Shown here: positions 63,748 to 64,000 of the stretch, one piece after another | Position numbering within the stretch: the stretch's first letter is position 1 | Layout of the letters: the number at the start of each line of letters is the position of its first letter | Source: Candidatus Fervidibacter sinensis | GTDB lineage: Bacteria > Armatimonadota > Fervidibacteria > Fervidibacterales > Fervidibacteraceae | DNA: 64,000 bases | Reading direction: 5' to 3' (one strand) | Assembly (NCBI GenBank): GCA_032161045.1 | Contig: JAVHTH010000010.1 | The notes under the pieces: generated by a model | The model's database searches: none | Told to the model about the DNA's origin: nothing | What the model saw: the letters and a program-made list of their open reading frames with translations, nothing else | Position numbers and translations under genes: made by a program

Positions 63748-64000
63748 ATGCGGTTGGCTTGGTTTGCAATTCTGTTTGTGCTCGGAACAGCCTTTGCTGA
63801 GCCGCCACAAATTTGCCGCGTTCAAGGCGGAAATACTAAGACGATTTGGGGTGTCGGGTTTATTGAGGGTCAAACCGAAGTTTACGCTTGGGATGCACCT
63901 TTTGATGAAAAATCCGTCGTTGCTGCACTTCAGAGAACTCCATATCGCCCATCCGAGTTTCTTCCTAAAACCCCACCGCCGAATGCCCGAAAAGTCCCAA
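63748..64000 (+). CDS. 5' end of a secreted protein gene running out of the window
   Basis: ATG at 63748 after GGAG. MRLAWFAILFVLGTAFA signal peptide. Open to the window end. Confidence 0.5.
   Translation, partial: MRLAWFAILFVLGTAFAEPPQICRVQGGNTKTIWGVGFIEGQTEVYAWDAPFDEKSVVAALQRTPYRPSEFLPKTPPPNARKVP

Overview
This is a 64-kb bacterial chromosomal window, mostly coding, with most genes on the + strand. No rRNA, tRNA, CRISPR array or transposase gene was seen.

Gene content, in order:
- A five-gene soluble redox cluster that pairs an SdhB-like and an SdhA-like protein with HdrC, HdrB and HdrA.
- An orphan histidine kinase.
- thrS, a Uma2 endonuclease, then infC-rpmI-rplT.
- An M20 peptidase.
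- Many secreted glycosidases: two GH20-like paralogs, GH3, a GH78-like rhamnosidase and GH140/DUF4038.
- A roughly 2,300-residue secreted subtilisin (S8), split by a frameshift.
- An ECF sigma / anti-sigma / TPR-CHAT module; the TPR-CHAT gene is also split by a frameshift.
- A secreted serpin.
- NifS/IscS, VapBC, and a fused MNT-HEPN protein.
- A fused sugar-ABC ATPase-permease.
- pabB and a nicotinate phosphoribosyltransferase.
- An F-type ATP synthase operon (atpZ-I-B-E-F-H-A-G). It carries a HEPN gene pair between atpA and atpG and has no atpD/atpC downstream.

The most unusual signals are at repeat scale:
1. A 27-nt module of four GGGACGN heptads (a G3N4 G-quadruplex motif) sits in frame on the sense strand inside four unrelated CDS. 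There are ten copies, ranging from perfect to decayed. They lie in the GH78-like gene (six), the protease C-terminal part (two), atpG (one) and an ABC ATPase (one), and encode GTRDEGRGT-type peptides.
2. At least two REP/REPIN-like families have GTAG heads. Copies occur between the hdr/sdh genes, overlapping stop codons, and once in frame inside the GH78-like gene.
3. A third hairpin family sits immediately 3' of several genes and inside the atp operon.

All functional calls rest on motif recognition by eye. No database search was run.
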